Origin: an uncultured bacterium
GTDB lineage: Bacteria > Babelota > Babeliae > Babelales > Vermiphilaceae
Assembly: GCA_963695335.1 (NCBI GenBank)
Contig: OY968764.1
Location: forward strand, 1,243,895-1,307,894
Length of the DNA: 64,000 bases
Direction of reading: 5' to 3'
Part shown: positions 26,969 through 35,719 of the stretch, piece after piece
How positions within the stretch are numbered: position 1 is the first letter of the stretch
Layout of the letters: every line of letters starts with the position of its first letter
Notes under the pieces: generated by a model
Databases searched by the model: none
Told to the model about the DNA's origin: nothing
What the model saw: the letters and a program-made list of their open reading frames with translations, nothing else
Translations under genes and position numbers: made by a program

Positions 26969-27760
26969 TTATACAAAATCAAGCAACCGCTTCATTTTTT
27001 GATATGCATAGCGCCACCCAAGCACAATGAAAAAACATAACGCCCCAATACACAATTCCCATGGCAAACAATCTGGATTACCTAACAACGCTCCTCGCAT
27101 GCCTTCCATCACATACAGCACAGGATTCCATAAAACAAGATAAGCCAATGTTGGTGATGCTGCATACATAGCAGCCCACGAAAACTGGTAACAACCCAAT
27201 ACCCATAACGGCCAAATAAAACGGGACCAAATGTTGCGCATTCTGGAAATAGTTCCAACACGTGCAATCACCACGATCACAAATATTCCAAAAAAAATAT
27301 TCACGAGCACTGCAGTGATCGCAAACTTAATCCAAGATATTTGAGAAAAACTAAAACTATTATAAAAAAACAGTTTACCAAGCGGTAAAACAATAATCGT
27401 CAAAAACAAGCCAACAATTGCATAAGATACAACCATAGCCAACAACACAGTTGCTGGCCGTGCTGGCAACGTCAAATAATATGAAATGGTGCGATCGTTA
27501 TCAATATCCATAATATTTCTTGCTGCCGCGTTATATATTTCAAAAAGTCCTACAACAGCTACAATGGAAGCAAACTGGAAACATCCATAATTAGTTGCAA
27601 GACCAAAGTTTTGCATAATATATCCAAAAATCATCAACGTGCAGCTCGTCCAAATATATAAATTGATAATTTGAGAACCAATATGTTCTCGCGCAATCAA
27701 TAAGTGCGTTTTTACTAACGCACAAAAAATGTCCCTAAACCGAACAATTCCCTTATTCAT
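26969..27760 (-). CDS. ABC-2 type transporter permease (paralog)
   Basis: Collinear similarity to 25408..26199 (ISYYLTLPARP, NPVLYVMEGMRGALLG). Confidence 0.8.
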   Translation of the reverse strand: MNKGIVRFRDIFCALVKTHLLIAREHIGSQIINLYIWTSCTLMIFGYIMQNFGLATNYGCFQFASIVAVVGLFEIYNAAARNIMDIDNDRTISYYLTLPARPATVLLAMVVSYAIVGLFLTIIVLPLGKLFFYNSFSFSQISWIKFAITAVLVNIFFGIFVIVVIARVGTISRMRNIWSRFIWPLWVLGCYQFSWAAMYAASPTLAYLVLWNPVLYVMEGMRGALLGNPDCLPWELCIGALCFFIVLGWRYAYQKMKRLLDFV

Positions 27761-28104
27761 GTTTTTTCCTCCACCACTAAAAATTACACCATTAATCCGA
27801 GTAAAAATTACTCCAAGGAGATAGCACTACATCCACAAATATAATTGAAGCAACAAAGATTTAGCAAAAGACTAAAAGAAGATGCCCGTTAATAAATAAT
27901 ACAAAAACATTATTTAACGGACTAAAAAACAAAGAAAGTAACAATTTTCATAACACGACCTCCTGAAAACAGGAATTTTTAATTAAACATTAATTTTAGA
28001 ATATCATAAACAAATACCGGGTCAATTTTTTCTCGTGACAACTATTCAGCTCATCAGATATAATTCCCTTATGATCTCTATGATTCCTAAAAAGAGAAAG
28101 TCTC

Positions 28105-29049
28105 ATGAAAAAACAATTATATATCCTCAGCTTTATATCACTTCACATTCACGCTATGGAAACAATGGCATTGTTTCCTGATGAAATAATGACATCCATA
28201 ATGCAATACTCTTTACCAAAACTTAACTTATATTATAACAATACCCACAAGCCAGGAAGATGGTATCATACAGAAAAAGGAACCTTTCCAGATAATTCAG
28301 CTGATAGAGATAAAAAAGACACGCTCAATGCAGCACAAAACTTACAACAGATTTTTAATTCCATACAAACATCCCTGCTTCTGAGCAAATTTTATAATAA
28401 TGTGATTGTACAAAATATTAGTACATGGTTGGGTATCAATAAAGATAACGTTAATGCACTTCTCATCCGAGCAACGCAAGCAAATATCCCCTACTTTATG
28501 AAACTTGCTGTAGCGCACAAAGCTGATCGCAATTTTGTTCATAAACCTGATGGCTATACTCCTCTCTTATGCGCAACGAAACATAATCAGTATCGTACAT
28601 GTGCTTTTCTTCTGAGCAAGGGCGTTTCTGTACACATAAGAAGAGAAAACCCTTACGCAGCTTATGTTTATAATCCTCATGAATGGCCAATACATATCGC
28701 TATACAAAACGGTAATCTTGAATTAGTAAAACTGTTTATACAACATCGCGCCACTCTTGATTTTTCGCACTTTCCTATTACTTCTCTTCTTACTTTTACA
28801 GCACAACGGAATAATCCTTATATTCTTGCTGTGCTCTTAGAAGCTCGACCATATACGAATTTCAATAATCATTGGGAAGCTGATGAAATTGAACATGCCC
28901 TGGAAACAGTCAAACGTCTTGAAGTAAAAACTGATAAAGAAAAACTTGAAAATAGAGCTTGTATAAGTATATTACAAGAAGCGCTTAAAGATAGTACAAA
29001 CTCATTATCAGAAATGATGAACATGTTTTTTGGAACAACAAAAACATGA
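28105..29049 (+). CDS. leader + F-box-like + ankyrin-repeat protein
   Basis: Leader ..SLHIHAME. FPDEIMTSIMQYSLPKL. ANK repeats DGYTPLLCATKHNQYRTCAFLLSKGVS and WPIHIAIQNGNLELVKLFIQH. Confidence 0.8.
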   Translation: MKKQLYILSFISLHIHAMETMALFPDEIMTSIMQYSLPKLNLYYNNTHKPGRWYHTEKGTFPDNSADRDKKDTLNAAQNLQQIFNSIQTSLLLSKFYNNVIVQNISTWLGINKDNVNALLIRATQANIPYFMKLAVAHKADRNFVHKPDGYTPLLCATKHNQYRTCAFLLSKGVSVHIRRENPYAAYVYNPHEWPIHIAIQNGNLELVKLFIQHRATLDFSHFPITSLLTFTAQRNNPYILAVLLEARPYTNFNNHWEADEIEHALETVKRLEVKTDKEKLENRACISILQEALKDSTNSLSEMMNMFFGTTKT

Positions 29050-29093
29050 TAAACTTATAAAAAAAATCATTCATCAACATTATAAGGATTACA

Positions 29094-29971
29094 ATGAAAA
29101 AACAATTTTTTATTACCCTCTGCTTTATCACCATGCATAATTATACTATGAAAATAGAACAATCATTTCCTGATGAAACACTAGCATCTATTATTCAATA
29201 TTCTTTGCCAAAGCTCAATTTGTACTATCATCAAAAACCTACAGATATAAATGAAGATAAAGATAACTTAACTCAAGCAAAAAACAATTTAGAGCAATAT
29301 ATCACTACAACAATGAAACTACGTTCTATCAGCCAACGCTTTAATACTATTATCACCAAAAATATTGTTACCTGGTTAAACTTCAATCAACATGGTATTA
29401 ACGCATTTCTTCTCAGATCAACACAAGCAAATATTCCATATTTTATGAAAATTGCCATAACACATAATGGCCATCCAAATTGTGTTGATGCACCTAATGG
29501 CAATACTCCTCTCTTGTATGCAACTGCAAATAATGATTACCTCTCATGCAAATTTCTGCTTGAAAAAGGAGCTTCTATTAATATGAAACTACAACCTCCT
29601 CGAGCATTTGGTTATGGTTACAATCCTGGCATATGGCCAATACACATAGCTATTGGAAAAGAAAACCTTACATTAGTTACATTATTTATTAAACATGGAT
29701 CCCAGCTGGATTTTTCTAACTTTAATGCTGAAAATCTTCTTTCTTGTGCCGCAAAAAAAATAATCACGTTATTCTTTGCACCCTCCTTCAAGCTCGTCCT
29801 CATACAGATCACAACAATCATTGGCCAGAAAATGACATTAAACGCGCTCTTAAAACCGCAAAAGAACTTCAAATAAATACTGAACAGGAAAATCTTAAAA
29901 AGAAAGCTTGCATAGATATTTTAGAACAAGCATTAGAACATACTATTCTTATCAAAAAGGACATAGTATAA
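29094..29971 (+). pseudogene. ankyrin-repeat paralog of 28105..29049, frameshifted at an A8 tract
   Basis: The frame used from 29094 matches the paralog up to ..LLSCAAKK. The homologous continuation NNHVILCTLLQARPHTDHNNHW..ACIDILEQALEH is in another frame from 29744. The junction is aaaaaaaa at 29753-29760. Confidence 0.7.
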
Positions 29972-29978
29972 AAAATAA

Positions 29979-30593
29979 TTATTCATCAACATTTTTGATC
30001 AATAACCCTTGTTGCGGGCAAACAAGATCATAATCGTAATAGATCTTTTTCCAGAACAAAGATAAATCTTTATATACCAATACCGATGAAGGCACATTTA
30101 AAACATAGGGAATATCAAACCATATAGGTAATTCTGCCAACAAATATTGTACAGCTATAGACACAGATGTATCATTAATACTTCCATTTTTATGTTCCAA
30201 CATCAATCGTGTCGCCCCTAAACAATCATTTCTGAATGATACATTCGTTTCAAAAACAGTCTTATAACGGTTATAGGATTCAAGATATCTTTGAGTTTGA
30301 GAAAGATGATTTAATAATATTATTTTTTCATGCGCATCTTTTTCAGACATCCCTACAGCTATGCAACTTTTTATAACCTTATTAAATAATTTTTTATCCT
30401 GCTCTTTTGTTTTTTTAACAGCTTTTTCCTCATCATACCCCAGTGCCATCAAATTATACTTGGAAGCCCCATCCATGATAAACAGATTAAACTCAGAAAA
30501 TGTTTCACAAGCCCAGCGTAATAAATGAGTAATGTTTGTAACGGAAAAATAACTATTAAAAGGACTAATGGCGATAAGTGCGTGATCAGTCAT
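29979..30593 (-). CDS. cyclodipeptide synthase (tRNA-dependent, AlbC family)
   Basis: DHALIAISPFNSYFSVTNITHLLRWA vs AlbC EHALIGISAGNSYFSQKNTVMLLQWA. QYLLAELPIWFD..VPSSVLVYK vs NYVLAEAPLFAD..VPSSVLCYH. Catalytic Ser, Tyr, Glu and Tyr equivalents are present. GAGG lies upstream of the ATG. Confidence 0.85.
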   Translation of the reverse strand: MTDHALIAISPFNSYFSVTNITHLLRWACETFSEFNLFIMDGASKYNLMALGYDEEKAVKKTKEQDKKLFNKVIKSCIAVGMSEKDAHEKIILLNHLSQTQRYLESYNRYKTVFETNVSFRNDCLGATRLMLEHKNGSINDTSVSIAVQYLLAELPIWFDIPYVLNVPSSVLVYKDLSLFWKKIYYDYDLVCPQQGLLIKNVDE

Positions 30594-30694
30594 TCCTACC
30601 TCTTTTTTTATACATATATTAATTTCACTTTAATATATAAAATTCATATGCTTTTAAAAATACAATTACCACTCTCTTAAAAAAGGATTTATTT

Positions 30695-31366
30695 ATGAAA
30701 AGAATACCACTTCTTCTTTTATCTCTGCTATTTTTATCACCAATACATGCAATGTTATGTATTAAAAAACCATCGTATAATGCTCTTAAATTATATCAAT
30801 CTCGCAGCGCATTTCTTTCATCAAAAATGGATGTAGAGCTTGTCATTAGAAAGATTAAAGAGGTGGATAATCACCAATGCTCCTCTGTATACGAAACTAA
30901 AAGACAATGCGCCAATGATCTTTGCTGCAGACATGCGTACCTTGATGGCGACGTGAATCAAAACATACAAAAGCACTTCTTTAAAAAAATCAACAACCCA
31001 ATAGAATTTGTAGAAAATCTCAGACAAACTGTATATCAATTACGCTTATTTGACGGCTATCTAAAATGGAGATTATTACATTCTGCAAAAATACCTCATT
31101 GGCACATATATCAAGAAGCGCTTGGATTAATCGCCCATAAAAGCCAATGTATCCTAAACCAAATGCGCATGATATATCACGATGCTCCAGCAAACTGGGA
31201 TGAACGTACATATCATCACATAGGCGGCATGATCATAGCGGAAGAAATATTACCCGACCTGATCAAACTTAATCAACATGCAAAAAAGGTAACACAAGAA
31301 GATATGCAACACCTCATAGTTGCAGAAATACAGACAGACCAATCAAACAAAAATAATATAGAATAA
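30695..31366 (+). CDS. leader-bearing protein of unknown function
   Basis: Leader LLLLSLLFLSPIHAM. Cys-rich segment HQCSSVYETKRQCANDLCCRH. Divergent from the CDPS gene. Confidence 0.45.
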   Translation: MKRIPLLLLSLLFLSPIHAMLCIKKPSYNALKLYQSRSAFLSSKMDVELVIRKIKEVDNHQCSSVYETKRQCANDLCCRHAYLDGDVNQNIQKHFFKKINNPIEFVENLRQTVYQLRLFDGYLKWRLLHSAKIPHWHIYQEALGLIAHKSQCILNQMRMIYHDAPANWDERTYHHIGGMIIAEEILPDLIKLNQHAKKVTQEDMQHLIVAEIQTDQSNKNNIE

Positions 31367-31378
31367 TCAGAAAATTTA

Positions 31379-32053
31379 TTACTTACCTTTAATATATTGA
31401 TTACACACACATTTATTTCTCAAATATTCTTGTAATTTATTTGTTGCTTTCATTTGTGGTGTATTAGGATCAACTATTTTTAATGGAAAAATTGTATGTG
31501 TGGCTTCTTGAGTAACAGAATATGCTTTACCGTGCGCAATAAGATGGGTTCCTTGTTTATTAAAATCTATCGATGTAGGTTTAAGAGATAATGGCAATAA
31601 CTCTCGCTTTTTTCCCAAAGAAAAAGCAACTTCACCATCTTCATTTTCTTTTAAATCAATTTTCTGAATCTCTAAAAAAGGTTCTATGCAAACAGTTTCT
31701 CCACGATGACTATGGACTTTTCTTCTGCAAAACAATGCCAATATACTACCACTTGGTGATAAGGCTATGCATTCTGTATTCATATAAAGATGCACCTCAA
31801 TATTGGATTTTTTATAAACCTTTCCCTCAATATTCAAGGTTATAGTTATATCATCTTCATCTTCTTTAAAAACAATATATTTCGTGTTATCACTGTTATC
31901 TGCTCTCAAACGCAATGGTTCATATATTTCTATATGCTTATCTTTCTTATTTTCATTTTCCTGTTTGTTTTTTAAAGTCCGCTCAATAAATTCTTCTTCT
32001 GTTTCTGTTTCCATCAAAAAACTCGCAATATAATTTAATATATCGCGAGGCAT
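31379..32053 (-). CDS. F-box-like protein, 5' end severed by an IS982-family insertion
   Basis: Begins MPRDILNYIASFL (F-box-like). The ancestral leader is found in frame beyond the IS at 33043-33130. Confidence 0.55.
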   Translation of the reverse strand: MPRDILNYIASFLMETETEEEFIERTLKNKQENENKKDKHIEIYEPLRLRADNSDNTKYIVFKEDEDDITITLNIEGKVYKKSNIEVHLYMNTECIALSPSGSILALFCRRKVHSHRGETVCIEPFLEIQKIDLKENEDGEVAFSLGKKRELLPLSLKPTSIDFNKQGTHLIAHGKAYSVTQEATHTIFPLKIVDPNTPQMKATNKLQEYLRNKCVCNQYIKGK

Positions 32054-32066
32054 TTTATTTAAGTAA

Positions 32067-33042
32067 CGTGAGTTCGATCTAAGAAAATTTTAAAAAAAAA
32101 TTCATTACGATATCCTTTTAAAAACAATCAAACTTAAAAAAGGGTATTGTAATGAATTTGACTACTATTTTCTACCATTGTGATGAATTTTGCAAATTTT
32201 TTGAAAAAGAGTTTCCAATCCGTGTTCTTTCTGATGGGAAAAATATTAGAAAAAGGAATGGATCTTTAAAGCTTAGTGAAACTATGACGATTGTCATTTA
32301 TTATCAGCAATCTGGCTATAAAACATTCAAGGATTATTACACAAAAAGTGATGAATTAAAATCAGCGTTCCCTGGTCTTACAAGCTATAATCGTTTTGTA
32401 GAATTACAACAAAAAATTACAATGCCTTTAGCTATTTTTACAAAATTATATGCGCTTGGAAAATGTGATGGCAATTCATACATTGACAGTTTTTCACTGT
32501 CTGTAAGTCATCAAAAAAGAATATCTTCTCATAAAACCTTTAAAGGATTAGCCGCTCGAGGAAAAACAAGTGTGGGTTGGTTTTACGGATTCAAAGTTCA
32601 TGTAATTATCAATGGTTGGGGAGAAATTATTGATTTTTGTATCACCTCAGGAAATGTTGTTGATAATAATACAAAAGTTATTGAAAAAATAACTGAAAAA
32701 ATTCATGGAAAAGTTTATGGAGATAAAGGCTATTTGCTTAATTCAGAACTGTTTCAAAAGCTTTACTCTAAAGGCATTCATATTGTTACAAAAATTCGAA
32801 ATAATATGAAAAATAAGCTTATGGATGTTAAAGATAAAATCATGTTAAAAAAACGTGGAATCATTGAGTCTGTTGGAGCAATTCTTAAGGAGGATCTTAA
32901 TATTGAACATTCACGATATCGTAGTCCAAGATCATTGATTATAAATGTATTTGCAGCTTTAGCTTCTTACGGATTTCGAAAAAAAAAGCCATCAATATAC
33001 AAAAAAAGCTTTTTTCTATTGACGGCTTAGATCGAACTCACG
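32067..33042 (+). mobile_element. IS982-family insertion sequence (976 bp)
   Basis: 17-bp inverted ends cgtgagttcgatctaag / cttagatcgaactcacg, with an 8-bp direct repeat ttaagtaa at 32059-32066 and 33043-33050. Contains a single transposase ORF. Confidence 0.85.
32152..33030 (+). CDS. IS982-family DDE transposase
   Basis: 292 aa with MNLTTIFYHCDEFCK.., GYKTFKDYY, DSFSLSV, GFKVHVII and DKGYL, typical of IS982-group transposases. Confidence 0.85.
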   Translation: MNLTTIFYHCDEFCKFFEKEFPIRVLSDGKNIRKRNGSLKLSETMTIVIYYQQSGYKTFKDYYTKSDELKSAFPGLTSYNRFVELQQKITMPLAIFTKLYALGKCDGNSYIDSFSLSVSHQKRISSHKTFKGLAARGKTSVGWFYGFKVHVIINGWGEIIDFCITSGNVVDNNTKVIEKITEKIHGKVYGDKGYLLNSELFQKLYSKGIHIVTKIRNNMKNKLMDVKDKIMLKKRGIIESVGAILKEDLNIEHSRYRSPRSLIINVFAALASYGFRKKKPSIYKKSFFLLTA

Positions 33043-33130
33043 TTAAGTAACAAGGCTTTACCACAATTTCCATAGCCTGTGAGTGAAAGACGAAAAATGA
33101 TACAAAATTAAGTACAATATATTTTTTCAT
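33043..33130 (-). pseudogene. orphaned 5' fragment (leader) of the IS-split gene 31379..32053
   Basis: Encodes MKKYIVLNFVSFFVFHSQAMEIVVKPCYL. Removing the IS and one target-site duplication (TSD) copy joins it in frame to ..NKMPRDILNY. Confidence 0.7.
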
Positions 33131-33259
33131 AAAAATAATCCTTTTACTAAAAGCTTATTAGACGATTACAATATAATCCCATTTCCCCTTAACAACAACT
33201 TTTTTTACGGTACACTTGTTACCAGATGCTATAATTATAATCCATCATGAGGAATTTTC

Positions 33260-34525
33260 ATGTCTTATAAGCTTTTACTCTGTCTTCCTTTATTATCTAT
33301 CGCAACAACTTTAACAATGGAAACTCCTAAGCAAACCGAACCCAGACATATACCACCACTCTATCAAATATGTATGAACCAAATGAGCGCTGGATTTGGG
33401 AATAATGCAATTGAAAAACATGCAAATGCCATACAAAATCTTGCCACATTATATACAATTCATAAAGAAGGCAGATATAAACATATACCATATGGTATTG
33501 GATATGATGAAGTAGAAATAGTGAAAAACAATATCACTCCCAATCATCTCTGCTTCAACTCTGGAAAAAGTAAATTTTATAAAAATATTACCACTCAATT
33601 TCTTGTCAAACAGAGTAATGATACATTTTTTATACAAGACAATATGACAGACATTGCTGCATTCAATATCCAATCAGGCGAGATAAAGAAGATAGGTCAA
33701 GAAAATAGCTTTATTCGTTCGTGCATTACAACAAAAAAAACTAACATACTCATCAATGGTAACCACGATGGAATTATAACTATCTGGCCAATAGGAAGCA
33801 ATGATTGTTTTTGTAGCAACATTCATGGCAACGCTGCAATTATATGCCTTACAGAAGAAGATAATATTTTGTGTTCATCTGACCAAAATAGTTTCATAGC
33901 AGTATCATCTCTCAATAATGATCGTCTATGTAGACACAAACCGATTACGTTGCCTGACCTTTTTTCTGATATTACATATTCGAGCATTATGCTGCACAAC
34001 AAATTATTATATGCCGGATCATCAAAAGGATGCGTCAATCTTCATGATATTCGTTCTGAAGATGTACATAATTCTTTTCAGGCACACAAACATCGTGTTT
34101 CTTGTCTTATTGCATGTAAACATAATGATCAACATTTTTATTCCGGATCTTTTGATGGCAGCATTAAACAATGGGATCTACGAAATATCACAGAATGCCT
34201 CCACAGTTTTGAACACCAAAAATATGGAATAACATGCATGTATCAAAGTAATGATGGTCAAAAAATATATTCTGGCGGTGCTGATGGAATACGAATTTGG
34301 GATATTTCCGCTGATAAAAATGTTCAACAGCCAAAAGAAATACACGCTGTATATGGTTGTAAAAATAATAAAATAACAATAAAAGCTAATCTTAATTATG
34401 TTGATTGTATTGCTGTAAATGATGATGAATCAGAAATATATATTGCAAACATACCTTCCGGAATCACCGTATTGCATCAATCTGACATATATTCCATTGA
34501 GAAATTAATGGAAAAAATCACATAA
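33260..34525 (+). CDS. leader + WD40-repeat protein
   Basis: Leader ..SIATTLTME. WD-like units GNHDGIITIWP, AGSSKGCVNLHDIR, HKHRVSCLIAC..YSGSFDGSIKQWDLR and SGGADGIRIWDI. Confidence 0.8.
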   Translation: MSYKLLLCLPLLSIATTLTMETPKQTEPRHIPPLYQICMNQMSAGFGNNAIEKHANAIQNLATLYTIHKEGRYKHIPYGIGYDEVEIVKNNITPNHLCFNSGKSKFYKNITTQFLVKQSNDTFFIQDNMTDIAAFNIQSGEIKKIGQENSFIRSCITTKKTNILINGNHDGIITIWPIGSNDCFCSNIHGNAAIICLTEEDNILCSSDQNSFIAVSSLNNDRLCRHKPITLPDLFSDITYSSIMLHNKLLYAGSSKGCVNLHDIRSEDVHNSFQAHKHRVSCLIACKHNDQHFYSGSFDGSIKQWDLRNITECLHSFEHQKYGITCMYQSNDGQKIYSGGADGIRIWDISADKNVQQPKEIHAVYGCKNNKITIKANLNYVDCIAVNDDESEIYIANIPSGITVLHQSDIYSIEKLMEKIT

Positions 34526-34600
34526 AATTTGATTTTTCTTTCTACAAATGCTATTGTATGCGCGTTATTTACATCATATTCATAAAAAAAGGAGCTCCTG

Positions 34601-35581
34601 ATGAAGAATGCGCAAATCTTTTCCTGTCTACTGTTTACCGCTGCCGCAACACACTGCATGGAATTTGATAACCACCCTACACCACAAAAACAAGAACCTA
34701 CTAATCCTTGGAACGCAATCAATTACCTCGAAATAGAACAATCTTTAAACGCTGATTACCGCAATTATTGTACCAATCGTCTCATAGAATACAAAAAAAC
34801 CACTTTTACACCGCAACATATGCAACACATCGAACAAATGGCAATCACATACACAGGCAATAATAATCTAAAGAAAATCCTGTATAACGTACGTGATGAA
34901 GAAGATAATCATTTCCCACATATTGCTGTTCAAAAATTTGATTTACCAACACTTACATGGCTTGTAACGCAAAAATTAATATATTATCCAAAAAATAAAC
35001 AAAATAAAGGATTTATGGAAGCATGCATTGATCACTTATCTCCCCATAACAATATAAATACTGAAAAAAAACAAATTGCATACGATATGCTCAATGTTAT
35101 CATAACAAACTATGGTAATCGCTTGGCGCTTTCCCTCAGAAAACCCATTGTAGAAAAATTGATTACACTCCAAATAGAGCATAAAAAACAACATAATAAT
35201 GATATCTTAGCTCACATTGTATTCACACCATTATTAGCTCAAGATGAAAATAATAATGTTGCAATTATTGATTTGCCAACACTGTATCAACAAGTTACCG
35301 ATGCCGATGGAAATACATTTTCTCATATTGTTGTCAATAAAAATGACGTACAAACACTTTATCAACTCATCAAAGATAACCGTGTATCGCCTACCCCTAA
35401 CAAGGCTAAAAAAACAGTAGTTGATCTTGCTTTAGCAAACTTCCAATGCTACATCAAAAGTCACTATATGAACGATTCATCTTCACATAAAGAGCAAGAA
35501 CTTGACGAAACATTGGATGCTCTAGCAAACTTTCCGCAAAAAGATAGTCTGCTGCTTGTTTATGCTCCTCAATTATGTTAA
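34601..35581 (+). CDS. member 1 of a four-gene tandem family (leader, degenerate ANK-like repeats); 3' end frameshifted
   Basis: Leader MKNAQIFSCLLFTAAATHCME, collinear with members 2-4. The family C-terminal module (CCLFMLLNY..PCCNQH) is encoded in another frame from 35547 to 35648. Confidence 0.65.
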   Translation: MKNAQIFSCLLFTAAATHCMEFDNHPTPQKQEPTNPWNAINYLEIEQSLNADYRNYCTNRLIEYKKTTFTPQHMQHIEQMAITYTGNNNLKKILYNVRDEEDNHFPHIAVQKFDLPTLTWLVTQKLIYYPKNKQNKGFMEACIDHLSPHNNINTEKKQIAYDMLNVIITNYGNRLALSLRKPIVEKLITLQIEHKKQHNNDILAHIVFTPLLAQDENNNVAIIDLPTLYQQVTDADGNTFSHIVVNKNDVQTLYQLIKDNRVSPTPNKAKKTVVDLALANFQCYIKSHYMNDSSSHKEQELDETLDALANFPQKDSLLLVYAPQLC

Positions 35582-35719
35582 AGCGCTGCAGACTAGCAAC
35601 AAATTATCCAGCTTTCCACCATGCTGTAATCAACATCCATTTATCTAGAAAAATACGTACACCATAAAAAAACAAAAAAAAATAATATCTTTTCATATTT
35701 CCAACAAAAGGACATTCTC

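Noticed and set aside
27761-28104. The 340-bp spacer upstream of the ABC-2 operon and the ankyrin gene as a possible ncRNA or riboswitch.
   Set aside because: I found only weak, bulged AT-rich hairpins and no conserved motif I recognise. It is most simply a divergent promoter region.
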